From Wickerhamiella versatilis (taxonomy: Eukaryota): DNA of 64,000 bases. Position numbers and translations under genes: made by a program. The stretch lies in contig JAQOWU010000007.1 in the NCBI GenBank assembly GCA_030867685.1, forward strand, positions 2,232,001-2,296,000, written 5' to 3'. The stretch's first letter is position 1. The number at the start of each line of letters is the position of its first letter. Below, piece by piece: positions 9,752 through 20,862 of this stretch. The notes under the pieces were generated by a model that saw nothing but the letters and a program-made list of their open reading frames with translations, did not search any database and was not told the origin of the DNA.

Positions 9752-11038
9752 ATGGATCCGCTAGAAGTTCTGCAGGAGCGATTCAAGCAGAAAGAATTTA
9801 GAACTTGTCAGAGGGAAATCGTAGAAGCTGCCTTGAATGGTGCGGATATTCTTGTTCTACTTCCCACTGGATATGGTAAAAGTTTGACTTTTCAGGTTCC
9901 GGCGGTCATGACAATTGGCTGGACATTGGTTATTTCGCCGCTTCTGGCATTGATACAGAATCAAGTGGACACGTTGCAGCAGCTTGGAATACCAACAGCG
10001 ACTGTAAATGGAACAATGACTTATTCTGAGCGTCAGGCGGCATTAGATCTAACTGCGAAGCCGGATCCATCTATACTGTACGTTGCACCGGAGCAGGTGA
10101 ACACCACTGAGTTTAGTCGATGGATATTGACCCACCGGCCCTCGCGTATTGTTGTGGATGAGGCCCACTGCGCTGTGGAATGGGGTCGGGACTTCCGTCC
10201 TGACTATGCTCGGCTTGGAGACCTAAGAAAACGGATTCCTGGTGTACCAATGACAGCACTAACAGGTACAGCGAGTCCTGCCATGCGTGATCAAATCTTG
10301 AAGGTTCTTCGACTTCCCTCAGAAACAACTAATGTGTTCACGACTTCCATGGCCCGTCCCAACATCCACTACGAAGTACGATATGTTGAAGACCCAGATG
10401 AGAGGCTCGCTAATATGATTCGTTTCTTAAGAACATATCGTGCAAGAATCGCGCATGTGTATGGTCCACCTAAAAAACCATATCCAGGGTGTGGCATTGT
10501 ATATTGCCGTCAACGTGCAACGACAGAAAAGATTGCCGCAAGATTGAGACAAGCGGGGATTGGTGCGCAGCCTTTTCACGCAGGGCTAGATAATCCTGTT
10601 AAAACTGCAGTATTAAATAGATGGATCGAGGGTGATCCCCATTGTTGCGTCGTGGTTGCAACTGTTGCGTTTGGAATGGGTGTTGATAAGCCCTCCACGA
10701 GATTTGTGATCCACTACGAAATGCCGGCTAATATAGAGGCTTTTGCACAGCAAAGTGGGAGAGCAGGGAGGGATAGGAAAGCATCAAGATCCATACTTTA
10801 TTATTCAATGCGCGATCGATCTGTCTGCGCACGATTTTCTGGCGATAACCCTAATGAGCGCGAGAGCCTTAAAGCTCTCCTCAAACTAGCTGTAAGCACA
10901 GACAAATGCAGGCATGAGCTGCTTAATGAATACTTTGATCCGGAGGCGATAAGTAACTGTGAATTTGCTTGTGATTACTGCAAGAACGCGAAACGCACGC
11001 AACAGCGTTATGATGACTGGCTATATTCCATTTCCTAG
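9752..11038 (+). CDS. Compact RecQ-family helicase (RECQ5/RecQ2-like): helicase core plus Zn-binding module only
   Basis: LPTGYGKSL, VVDEAHC..WG.DFRPDY, GCGIVYC, ATVAFGMGVDK, Q.SGRAGRD, CRH...CDYC. The first in-frame ATG is 9752; the ORF track start at 9713 is GTG. Confidence 0.88.
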   Translation: MDPLEVLQERFKQKEFRTCQREIVEAALNGADILVLLPTGYGKSLTFQVPAVMTIGWTLVISPLLALIQNQVDTLQQLGIPTATVNGTMTYSERQAALDLTAKPDPSILYVAPEQVNTTEFSRWILTHRPSRIVVDEAHCAVEWGRDFRPDYARLGDLRKRIPGVPMTALTGTASPAMRDQILKVLRLPSETTNVFTTSMARPNIHYEVRYVEDPDERLANMIRFLRTYRARIAHVYGPPKKPYPGCGIVYCRQRATTEKIAARLRQAGIGAQPFHAGLDNPVKTAVLNRWIEGDPHCCVVVATVAFGMGVDKPSTRFVIHYEMPANIEAFAQQSGRAGRDRKASRSILYYSMRDRSVCARFSGDNPNERESLKALLKLAVSTDKCRHELLNEYFDPEAISNCEFACDYCKNAKRTQQRYDDWLYSIS

Positions 11039-11179
11039 CCGTTTTTATGAAATATAAGAATATCCAAATATTATAATACCGGTCCTAATTGCATAAATCC
11101 GTAGATAAAAACAATACCTCTTGTCTGTAGTTTGTTCATTCATACATATATACATATATACGTGGAATTAAGTTTGAAA

Positions 11180-12037
11180 TCATGGATTCTCATTATCTTG
11201 AGCCAAACCCGATAGAAGGGTTTCTTTGTTGATAGCCCATGGAAGGAAGAAGTCTCTCTCAAGTTCATGGATCCTGCTACCCAGTATAACTAGTGAATGA
11301 AGAGGTTCGCCACTATCTATCTCGGCAAGCTCAGCTAGTGTTCCGGCAACGAATTTTTGGTTTGGCGAGCCTAGTCGTGAGACGCCTATACAAGGGGTCT
11401 GAGGAGTGTAGGCCTTCTCCTTACGCTTTTCCTCCACTTCCAACAATTGCTGTGCAGCCAGCTCGATACTCATATACCGCGGTGGCTCAAAAATCTTGCG
11501 TCCACGGAGAAGGTTTTCGATACTCTGTTCCTTGACCTTAATGTCGAGAAGTACAAGAGTGTGCAGACCAATACGTCGATTATCCGCTATCTTGTCATAA
11601 AAACTATCTGGGCGCCAAGTATCAGTGAAGAATACGAGCGAAACAGTTTGACCAAAGTTGTAAAGTTGTACACCACAGGCAGCTACGGCATTCATAACAC
11701 TGGCATTATGAATAGCTTTTACAGTGATGCCCAATTCCCTGGCCCGCAAAACAAGGTCTGTATGTGTAGTAGCACCAAACGGATCTCCAACAACAAGGAA
11801 AGCTACATCCTCTTTTTCTGCACCATCTAAAATCTCATCCGAACCCTGCTCAACCAATTCTCGATCGGCAAGAAGCACTGGCCTGCCGTAAAATTCTTCC
11901 AGTGCCTTATTATCGGCTGTCATTAAAATACTTGTGTATGCCTCAAGGTAGACCCTTGATGCACCTTTGACCACCTGTAATCCTTCGACTGTGATATCTT
12001 GAGGTGAACTCAATCCAAGACCTATTAAATACAGCAT
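11180..12037 (-). CDS. DPH5: Diphthine methyl ester synthase Dph5
   Basis: [42 protein letters not shown]. Confidence 0.97.
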   Translation of the reverse strand: MLYLIGLGLSSPQDITVEGLQVVKGASRVYLEAYTSILMTADNKALEEFYGRPVLLADRELVEQGSDEILDGAEKEDVAFLVVGDPFGATTHTDLVLRARELGITVKAIHNASVMNAVAACGVQLYNFGQTVSLVFFTDTWRPDSFYDKIADNRRIGLHTLVLLDIKVKEQSIENLLRGRKIFEPPRYMSIELAAQQLLEVEEKRKEKAYTPQTPCIGVSRLGSPNQKFVAGTLAELAEIDSGEPLHSLVILGSRIHELERDFFLPWAINKETLLSGLAQDNENP

Positions 12038-12272
12038 TTATTACGTAACCTTTTTCCATGTCCTGGGGTGTAGAAGAAAAGAGCTACTGAAAGTCCTAGA
12101 AATTTGAGAAAAGAAGAATTTCCTGTGGCCGTATTACACTCTAGCTTTCAGTGATAGGCATCACATGCATGGGTGAAAGAAATTTACGTGACGTGATATA
12201 CGTTGGTGCTATCAAGCAAGCACCCTCACCCAGTCCCACATTAATAATTTATTGTTAAAAATTGGTCGAAAA

Positions 12273-13859
12273 ATGCCTACGGCGCCAACAGAGAACACGG
12301 CATTGCTTGACGAATTCAATGAAGTAAGGCGAGAGTTTGATCATGATATTGGAGAGTATGAGCCTGATTCAGGTGAGACCTTCTACTCGTTGCTGTTTAA
12401 GCGTCCTGCAGCCACTTTATTCCTGCTAGCACTCTTTGCATTAGTCTTGCTTTTGAGCCAGTCTGTTCCCCAAATTGCGCGCGAATTGCCCGATGTTCCC
12501 ATAGCTTCGGTGGAAGCTATTGATTTAGTTGCGATTCGGACCCATGAGATCGAGGCTAACGTAACTCTAAGCATATTTCTTAATTATTCAAAATTGGGGG
12601 ATTCTATTGCAGCAAAGCTGTTGGTACTTGGTGCTGGTCTACTAGGTACGGTATCTATCCAGTTTCCGGAGACCACGGAGCTTCTTGATGAGCAACTCCG
12701 ACATCTCGCAGATGTTCAATTGAGTCCCCTGGACGAAGTGAGCTTAATGCCAGATTCACATCAATATATTGAAACAACGCTACTCATTCAAAATTTGGGA
12801 TCCTCAGATGCTTTAGGGTCAGTGGTCAAAAAGTTCCTAACCAGTGAACCAGCGACATTTGTTTTGAGAGGTCAGCCTGTAATTGCGAAATGGGGTCTGA
12901 CATTTGGTATTAACCTTGATATCAGAAAGGAAGTTACCTTGCCCCAGTATCAAGAGAACATTGACGCCTGCCTCAAAAGTATCGATCTGGATCAAAGCCA
13001 GTCAGGACAAATCGACGTTGATGCTAAAATCAATGCTACGGTAAGCATTCCCCTGACTGGTGATATCCCAATGATCAATTGGACGTTCAAGTTGTCTGGT
13101 TGTAGCGGGTTAGTGGTTGTGGGTGAGGGCTCTAGCGATGTGGTGAACGTTCGCAAGGAATCAGATGAAACTGACCTTAGTATTCAAAGCACTATCGGAA
13201 AACTTGCCGAGGAGCTTAAGACTGAATGTGGTGATGGGCTTAAAAGTCCGCTAGATAATTGGATCTCCCGCTACCTGAATGGTGAATCTTCGGTGGTCTA
13301 CATTGCTGGGAGGCCTGAGGATGATGGCATTGTAAGTCGTTTCTTGGAAAGCCTTAATGATATTCCTCTGCCAGTAATGGGTAAGCCATCCACAGAAAAG
13401 GTTATCGATAGCATTGAACTTAAGAATGTCCTTTTCCAAGGTGTGACCATGAGAGATCCCAAGCATGGTAGATTCACTGGTGAAGTATTGGCCTCCTTAA
13501 TACTTCCGAGCATCATTCAGATTCAACAAGAAAGGCTTATATTGGCCGCGACCGAAGTTCGTGGTGAAATAAATCTGTTTTCAAGAGGACAAAAGTTCGG
13601 TGTCATTACGGCCAGCCGCTGGATACCTACGATTACAGTGGGAACGGATACTGGCTATAATGTCCGATGCTTTCTCGACAGGGTCCCTTTCGAGGTAGTG
13701 AACTCCGGGGAATTCGGTTATGTATCCCAGCATCTTCTAATAGAAGGCCACGTTGAAGTTCAATATGATGCGATTCTTGATTTTGAATTAGCAACCCCTG
13801 TGGGGTCATTTGAGCTTAAAGAAATTTATCTGGATGGACATACCACTTTAAAGTCATAG
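12273..13859 (+). CDS. Single-pass membrane protein, Tag1 (YLR173W)-like
   Basis: N-terminal E..ALL dileucine-like signal, one TM, then a beta-rich lumenal domain with a C..G..SPLD..IS.YLNG motif; first ATG at 12273. Confidence 0.55.
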   Translation: MPTAPTENTALLDEFNEVRREFDHDIGEYEPDSGETFYSLLFKRPAATLFLLALFALVLLLSQSVPQIARELPDVPIASVEAIDLVAIRTHEIEANVTLSIFLNYSKLGDSIAAKLLVLGAGLLGTVSIQFPETTELLDEQLRHLADVQLSPLDEVSLMPDSHQYIETTLLIQNLGSSDALGSVVKKFLTSEPATFVLRGQPVIAKWGLTFGINLDIRKEVTLPQYQENIDACLKSIDLDQSQSGQIDVDAKINATVSIPLTGDIPMINWTFKLSGCSGLVVVGEGSSDVVNVRKESDETDLSIQSTIGKLAEELKTECGDGLKSPLDNWISRYLNGESSVVYIAGRPEDDGIVSRFLESLNDIPLPVMGKPSTEKVIDSIELKNVLFQGVTMRDPKHGRFTGEVLASLILPSIIQIQQERLILAATEVRGEINLFSRGQKFGVITASRWIPTITVGTDTGYNVRCFLDRVPFEVVNSGEFGYVSQHLLIEGHVEVQYDAILDFELATPVGSFELKEIYLDGHTTLKS

Positions 13860-13939
13860 TGTAGCCTATTTATTTTTTTAATCTTTGTACAAAGTGAAGT
13901 AAATGTTTTTTTGTTATCCTGCGGAGGACTCCTGGACAC

Positions 13940-14839
13940 TTAGCCAGGTGGCAAGTCTTGAACCTCGGGATCTGGGACTTCAGCAGACGATTCAGCCTCC
14001 TCCTCAATGTCCAAAGGTGTACGAGTAAGGGCCGACATACCAGAGCGGACAACCTCTATCACACCGAATGGCTGTACTAGATGCACAAATCGTGTGATTT
14101 CTTCAGGGGAGGCGCATAGCTCGACAATACAGTTGCGATCACTTATATCTGCGACCTTACCACCATAGTGCTCCGCTATCTGTTTTATCGCTTGTAAATG
14201 TTCACTTTTATGCCTGAGAGCCTGGCTGATCGGGATGTTGCTTGGGTGGAAGTCATGAACCGCCGGCTTCTCGTCTCCCTTCATAGCTGAGTCGGGGCTT
14301 TCTCCCAATCGTACTTTCTGGGCTTTAGCATGGTGTCTGACCAGCTGTTCAAAATATTCAGGACCAAGCAGAGATATCTTTGCAAGAAGCAGCTCACGTT
14401 CGACAAGAGGCGCATCACTGTAGTCAAGAACAGCCCAAACGGGTACCAGGTCCTCAACCTGACGTCTTGCCTGCTCAATGACGCCTGGCTGTCCATGAAG
14501 AACTATAGTCATTCGTGACAGGTTCTTGACTTCTGTGGAGCACACCACTAAACTTTCAATGTTAAAACCCCGGGCTGCCAATGTCCCCGAAACTCGGCTC
14601 AACACACCAGGTTCATTCTGAACCAGGCACTGGAGAATCTTAGGTTTCTTCGGAATTTTCCTGGGGGAGGGAGTTTCATAGAGGATCGAAGAAATCGCCG
14701 CATCTGTTGACCACTTCGGGCTCGCAATAGTGGGTAAAGGTGGTCTTTGCATATTGCGATGCAAGACTTTATATGCAAGCGCTGAGATTGAGCTGGACTT
14801 GTAACGCAAGCCCAGCGTTCTAACCGTCCCGCGAAGCAT
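13940..14839 (-). CDS. ILV6: Acetolactate synthase regulatory subunit
   Basis: ACT domain CLVQNEPGVLSRVSGTLAARGFNIESLVVC, C-terminal LPPG, mitochondrial presequence. Confidence 0.96.
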   Translation of the reverse strand: MLRGTVRTLGLRYKSSSISALAYKVLHRNMQRPPLPTIASPKWSTDAAISSILYETPSPRKIPKKPKILQCLVQNEPGVLSRVSGTLAARGFNIESLVVCSTEVKNLSRMTIVLHGQPGVIEQARRQVEDLVPVWAVLDYSDAPLVERELLLAKISLLGPEYFEQLVRHHAKAQKVRLGESPDSAMKGDEKPAVHDFHPSNIPISQALRHKSEHLQAIKQIAEHYGGKVADISDRNCIVELCASPEEITRFVHLVQPFGVIEVVRSGMSALTRTPLDIEEEAESSAEVPDPEVQDLPPG

Positions 14840-14863
14840 TCCAGTGGAGTGGTGCTTTTTTCA

Positions 14864-14872
14864 ATGAGTCAT
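14864..14872. promoter_or_regulatory. Gcn4/AP-1-type site upstream of ILV6
   Basis: Perfect ATGAGTCAT 25 bp upstream of an amino-acid biosynthesis gene. Confidence 0.6.
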
Positions 14873-15189
14873 CGCATCATCACCTTGACCTGGGTTTTTG
14901 TCAAGGTACACCAGGACTGACCGTTTATTCTAGTCTCGCTTTTCAACATTAATCAATAAATTTAATTGATAGCATTTTTTATATCAAAATGGAAATTGCC
15001 CACTATTCACTACCGGTGTACCAGGAGTTCTTGTTCACAGGCATAGGTAAGAGGCATGTGCATTAGCTCAGGCATAATCTACTGAGAATATCATTGGCTT
15101 ATACTGGAATATTTTTTTAGGCAAAGTTCTCTGATTGACGTCTCGATCACGGCCACGACTTCGGTCGGGTTACGTAATTAATTGATCGG

Positions 15190-15195
15190 ACGCGT
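15190..15195. promoter_or_regulatory. MCB element (ACGCGT) upstream of thymidylate synthase
   Basis: ACGCGT just upstream of the CDC21 ATG; CDC21 is a classic MBF target. Confidence 0.5.
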
Positions 15196-15201
15196 CATTA
15201 A

Positions 15202-16092
<891 letters not shown>

Positions 16093-16159
16093 ACAAAAGA
16101 ATATATTATATGTATAAATAATATCAACGTGAATATCAATATCGATATGGGTATCGATA

Positions 16160-17656
16160 TCAATATGCATGCTTCGTAAATGCAGGTGCCCATTCAGCCC
16201 GGATTTCTCCTAGATGTTCGAGTTCCTGGTATATTTTCTTGTGAACCTGTCGAACATGTCTCTCGACTCTTTGTAATTGTAACTCTGGCCTGTCAACATG
16301 GGCGAATCTCCCCAATAGCTGTATTAGGACCTTTAGTGTTGAAGGGATGGGCTGGCTTCGGCCCGCATATCTGGTAAGATGCAAATAGGGCAGACCCGGC
16401 ACGTCGCCTGCCCTAGGGTCCGGTTTGCGCTCGGTTCCCGGCTCTGTTTCAGGCTCTACTGGTACTTCAGTCCAGAGCATCATATTAAGTTCATCAAATA
16501 TTGCTGAATTAGGATAATCTGCTACGACATGGGATCCCTCGGCAGACGGTGCGCTAGGGGCTGGAAATAGCCTCTCCAATTGGATATCAAGGGTTTTTGT
16601 TGCATGCTGTTCCTGATACCAGTCAACGAAGTGATCGATTTTAGACTCCTGCCATAATATTGCCAACCTTTCGTCCTCACGATCGAGTTGCTCCTCTTCG
16701 AGCCAAACCTTTCTCATAATATCAGCCCACACGCCCTGGTGCATCCGATCAACAGCCACATCGTCCTCAGGGTATGAATGGGGGACCTCATCGAATCCGT
16801 AGAGTAGCCTAGCGGCAAAGAAAACCAATGTAATGTAGTAAATCTCCGGAGATTCGTTGGACTCCCCTAACTTTGGTATCTTGTCGCGCAAAAATTTCTG
16901 CAGTCGGAATGTAGCCTGATATACATAAGGTGGTAGCATTAAGTCGTGAACTAGCTGGTAAACCAGGGCCTGCCATGGCGGTTCAGGAAACGTAACACCG
17001 TATTTACTAGCGAGCATTACTGCCAATTCCATCGTCCGTCGATGAATGCGCAGGAAATTACCTGTCATGTCCTTAGGGCGCATTCCTGGCGCTATTCTCG
17101 CCAGTTTCGACTTATCTAGCCACTTCGAGGTGTCGTAGTACGGCATTTCATACCTCGAGATCCATCGTGCAATGTTCAGGGCGAAAATGGGTAGTCGCAT
17201 TCGTATGCAGCCAAGTAAAACGATAGATGGGGCCAGCACATACGTTACGGTTTTGTACTGCGTGACCGAGTCCTCTAATATGAGCCCCCATATTGACTTG
17301 ACCGTGGTATTTAGCTCTGGAGGTGCACGCTTCGTTCGGACCAACCAAGCCACTTGAGCCTTCAACAGGTCTTGTACTAGTTGACGAACGATACGAGACG
17401 CTTCTTCACCATGAAAAACCTCCTCTGATTCCGCCTGCTGACTTGCAAGTACAATGGCAGCCTCCTTACGTGCCCGGTCATGCTGCTGCCGGATCCGACT
17501 TCCAAGTGCTAGCGTTTCTCCCTCATCCTCCACTGTTTCAACTCCTTGGCGAACATGCCCGTTCTGACACTGTTGCACTCCGTTTACAGTTGACCATAGG
17601 TAGGAAGGGCAATTGTCGACGTTGCAGCGCGGGCCCTTCCTCCATGTACGGGCCAT
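16160..17656 (-). CDS. RRN7: RNA polymerase I core factor subunit Rrn7 (TAF1B)
   Basis: N-terminal Zn ribbon GPRC.VDNCPS.LW...G...C.NGH, followed by a cyclin-fold-like region. Confidence 0.85.
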   Translation of the reverse strand: MARTWRKGPRCNVDNCPSYLWSTVNGVQQCQNGHVRQGVETVEDEGETLALGSRIRQQHDRARKEAAIVLASQQAESEEVFHGEEASRIVRQLVQDLLKAQVAWLVRTKRAPPELNTTVKSIWGLILEDSVTQYKTVTYVLAPSIVLLGCIRMRLPIFALNIARWISRYEMPYYDTSKWLDKSKLARIAPGMRPKDMTGNFLRIHRRTMELAVMLASKYGVTFPEPPWQALVYQLVHDLMLPPYVYQATFRLQKFLRDKIPKLGESNESPEIYYITLVFFAARLLYGFDEVPHSYPEDDVAVDRMHQGVWADIMRKVWLEEEQLDREDERLAILWQESKIDHFVDWYQEQHATKTLDIQLERLFPAPSAPSAEGSHVVADYPNSAIFDELNMMLWTEVPVEPETEPGTERKPDPRAGDVPGLPYLHLTRYAGRSQPIPSTLKVLIQLLGRFAHVDRPELQLQRVERHVRQVHKKIYQELEHLGEIRAEWAPAFTKHAY

Positions 17657-17782
17657 GTGTGTCAGCCGTCAAGCACTGCCGGCTCCCTTCTTCTCCTCAG
17701 AAAAGTCCCTAGCGTGATGGCATTTACAATTTAAAGTAATTTAGGCAATTCGTAGCATAGCGTTATGTGTAGCAATAAATAG

Positions 17783-18262
17783 TTATCTCAAACTAAAGAT
17801 TCCATCGATTTCTTCAAGGGCGAGATCGAGTTCCTTGAGCTCCACATCGATGTCAAGCTTGGATGGAGACAAGAACATGGCTTCCAGCGGGTCTGTGCCT
17901 GGTGGGGTAAGTGGAAGCTCTAAATCGGAATTGATAGATTCATCATGCACCAGCATGTCAGAAGAATCCTGCGAATTCTGTGACGACGTTTCGACCCAGC
18001 GGTAGGTGAGACGGCCAGAAGGATCCGTGCTTCTTTCACAGATAAAAGGAAGCAGCTCTGAGCCTGGCTCGTATTTCCTGAACATCACACGAAGACGGGC
18101 TACCAGTGTTCTTGGGGGGCAGTGGACACCGAGCTCATGCGAAAGCTCATGAGAAAGTTCATGTGCTGTCATACACTGGGGATATGCTCCTTGAAGGATC
18201 TCTCCACATTCCTTAGCCAGCTTGAGAGTTTCGTCGGGTTTCTTGACTTGTCTGCGCACCAT
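17783..18262 (-). CDS. Small hypothetical protein, possibly a Gds1-like winged helix
   Basis: 159-aa ATG ORF; MTAHELS...ERSTDPSGRLTYRW and an acidic C-terminal SP...LEEIDGIF recall Gds1-family proteins (weak, recalled similarity). Confidence 0.45.
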   Translation of the reverse strand: MVRRQVKKPDETLKLAKECGEILQGAYPQCMTAHELSHELSHELGVHCPPRTLVARLRVMFRKYEPGSELLPFICERSTDPSGRLTYRWVETSSQNSQDSSDMLVHDESINSDLELPLTPPGTDPLEAMFLSPSKLDIDVELKELDLALEEIDGIFSLR

Positions 18263-18493
18263 TGAAAGGTAACTTTTAAATTTCGCGCCAAGTCTCAGGA
18301 CTTACGACTCAATAATAAACCGAGCGAGAGCCTGGCTAATCATCATATCACTTATTTATGCGGAATTCTATACTATTAAGGAAAAGGAAGAGGAAAGAAG
18401 AAGAAGGGAGAGAAAAGTAAAGGAGAAAGCTTACATAGAACAATAAATATTTTTTTTTGGATATAATAAATAATAATAATAATAAAGACATTA

Positions 18494-20611
18494 CTAGCGC
18501 ACCTCAGACGACGATGACGATGAAGAGACCTTGAGATGCGCAACACGTTGTTCAATCTTACCCATGAGACGAGTGACAACTATACGGTCATCGGCACTTA
18601 TATCATCCTCTGGGCTTCCCTTGATCAACAGGGCCCGCAACATCCACAATGCAGTACCGTAATTTAGTTCACAGGCAGCCAAGTCTGAGGGCTGGGCCAA
18701 TTCTTGCACGGCGGCTGCCCGCGCCATTTCCAAGGCGCGCTCAAAAATCAGCCGCTCGGCACTCTCATCACAGGTGTCCTCTGAGGCCCCTAGCCGTGAT
18801 CTAACCTCCTCTGCCTGACTTACACACTCATTGAACTTGTCCCGCACCCATTGTACCAAGGCAGATACGCCAGGGCTCGCGCCAACGCTTTCCTGTGCTG
18901 TGTGGGACCACCATTCCCCGGCTATATCCATTGTATGGGCGAATATAGACAATGCCTTGACATAGAGAGCCAGCGACTCCCGGGCAAGCCTTTCATGCTC
19001 AGCATCTGATACGGCTTCGAGCTGGGTGAACTTGACTTCGGCGTACAGGGAGACCACCTTGCCGATTGTGGCACCAGACTCAATTTCATCAAGAACTTTC
19101 TTGTTCGGCTCCTCACCTATCGGTGGTTCCGGTCTCAACGAGGATACAGGATGAGAACCCAAGGTGACGTTGCCCTGGGAATCCGCCTTCGAGCCAAACA
19201 ACCTGGCAGATGACCTTAGCAGAGTTTGAGCCAATACGTTCGTGGGCGAAGCCCCGTACGCTATAGAACTAAGTCGGCGTCGTCGGGTATTATTTGCTTC
19301 AGTCTGCGGGACCGCCTGTGTCATACGGTCAGCGGCTGAATTCACCTCAATGGTCCGGCGTGAAACCATAACATAGTCGTCGCTACCGTCGCTAACCGCA
19401 GCGCTTGCAATACCACTTCCAGCCCCGCTGGCCGGGCCACTATGGTCATCACTGGCCGAAGAGGTATGCGAGAGGTTTCGACCCCATCCACGACCAGTTT
19501 CATTCTTAAACACGGATGATGACGTCTGAGATGCATCACCCGTTTGTGGCGACTGCGACGGGGTCAACGTAAAACTTCGACTATTCACTTTACTGTCCTT
19601 TGACGCCTCCGGCTCAGGACTCACAAGTTCGCGACCTTGGACGATATCTGAGTCCAGCTTGAGCGCTGAATGCGCGAAAAACCCATCAAACCCAAGGCGC
19701 TCAGACGGCATGCGCTTCAAAAGGGCGCGAATCAGGTTGTCAATGTCTGGGGCCACCCCGGAAGGCAGGCTGATTTGATCCTGCGCCTGGTCTATCCGCT
19801 TCAGGAGTTCTATATGATTAGCGGCAGGGAACGGGGGTCTTCCGGTGACCATTTCAAACACCACGGCACCTACTGACCAAAGATCGGCCTTTGCGTTATA
19901 TTTTTCGTAGCGAAGTATCTCCGGCGCCATATATAGCGGGCTGCCACAAAGGGTTTCAGCCATTGACGCAGCTGGCAGAATGCGAGCAAAGCCAAAGTCA
20001 GCCAGTTTCAAGGTAGGCAGAAACCAGATACCCACGTAGCCTGCCTCACGCGCCGTAGCTGGCGACGAAGGCGCATCGCAAAGCAGTAGGTTCTGAGGCT
20101 TAATGTCTCGGTGTATGAGATTATGCGACCTCAGGAACTCTAAAGAGCTCGCCAATTGAACCAGAAAGTGTCTTGTCAACGTTTCATTCAGACCACCGTA
20201 ATGGTTCGAGGGATACCGCTCCAGAATCTGGGCCGCAGAGGCATCCTTGCGGCGTATGAAGCGGCTCAAGTCACCCAACGCGCAAAACTCCATAATTAGG
20301 TTGTAATCCTTTGCAGTTTGGACTACATCAATGAGAGACACGACATGAGGATGGCTCATCTTCTTGAGTATAGCCATTTCGGCCTCAAAGTTCTCTAGAA
20401 GACGTTTATCACGATTTAGGTGTGTGCGATGAACGCATTTGATTGCAACTGGGGCGCTGCGGCCTTGCAATTGGCCCCGGTACACGGTGGCGAATGACCC
20501 TTTACCAATAGTCTGCCCCAAAATGAATTGTGGTGTTTTCTTGGTTGGTACAGCTGGAGGTGGCCGGACAGGTCCACTTGGGAGACCCTCACCTGAGTGT
20601 CTTCGGTCCAT
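18494..20611 (-). CDS. ATG1: Ser/Thr kinase Atg1
   Basis: IGKGSFATVY, HRDIKPQNLLL, LKLADFGFAR, ETLCGSPLYMAPEILRYEKYNAKADLWS, DDYVMV AIM and C-terminal MIT region. Probable start 20611; the upstream in-frame ATG at 20842 is only ~20 bp from the previous gene's stop. Confidence 0.95.
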   Translation of the reverse strand: MDRRHSGEGLPSGPVRPPPAVPTKKTPQFILGQTIGKGSFATVYRGQLQGRSAPVAIKCVHRTHLNRDKRLLENFEAEMAILKKMSHPHVVSLIDVVQTAKDYNLIMEFCALGDLSRFIRRKDASAAQILERYPSNHYGGLNETLTRHFLVQLASSLEFLRSHNLIHRDIKPQNLLLCDAPSSPATAREAGYVGIWFLPTLKLADFGFARILPAASMAETLCGSPLYMAPEILRYEKYNAKADLWSVGAVVFEMVTGRPPFPAANHIELLKRIDQAQDQISLPSGVAPDIDNLIRALLKRMPSERLGFDGFFAHSALKLDSDIVQGRELVSPEPEASKDSKVNSRSFTLTPSQSPQTGDASQTSSSVFKNETGRGWGRNLSHTSSASDDHSGPASGAGSGIASAAVSDGSDDYVMVSRRTIEVNSAADRMTQAVPQTEANNTRRRRLSSIAYGASPTNVLAQTLLRSSARLFGSKADSQGNVTLGSHPVSSLRPEPPIGEEPNKKVLDEIESGATIGKVVSLYAEVKFTQLEAVSDAEHERLARESLALYVKALSIFAHTMDIAGEWWSHTAQESVGASPGVSALVQWVRDKFNECVSQAEEVRSRLGASEDTCDESAERLIFERALEMARAAAVQELAQPSDLAACELNYGTALWMLRALLIKGSPEDDISADDRIVVTRLMGKIEQRVAHLKVSSSSSSSEVR

Positions 20612-20862
20612 CCTTGGAGAAAGCCGACCTGTGGGAATGCGTGATAAGGCTTGGGACTGGTGGACTGTAAGAAGACCAGAAGGGTTATCTGATGAGTCAC
20701 CTCTTGTCACGTGAGAGGACTCCACATGACGTAACCGGGTCCGGAGCGGACAGGTTAAGCAGATTGGTGCACGGGGCGCGCGGATTGGGCCCGGCCTGGT
20801 GGGATTGAGGTGGAAAAACTGCATGGTTATTTTGTTTAACATCTAGTCATATTTATCGAATG

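Noticed and set aside
20612-20842. 77-aa N-terminal extension of Atg1
   Set aside because: It leaves only ~20 bp after the upstream gene's stop and contains promoter-like GTCACGTGA and TGAGTCA motifs; it is probably promoter or UTR
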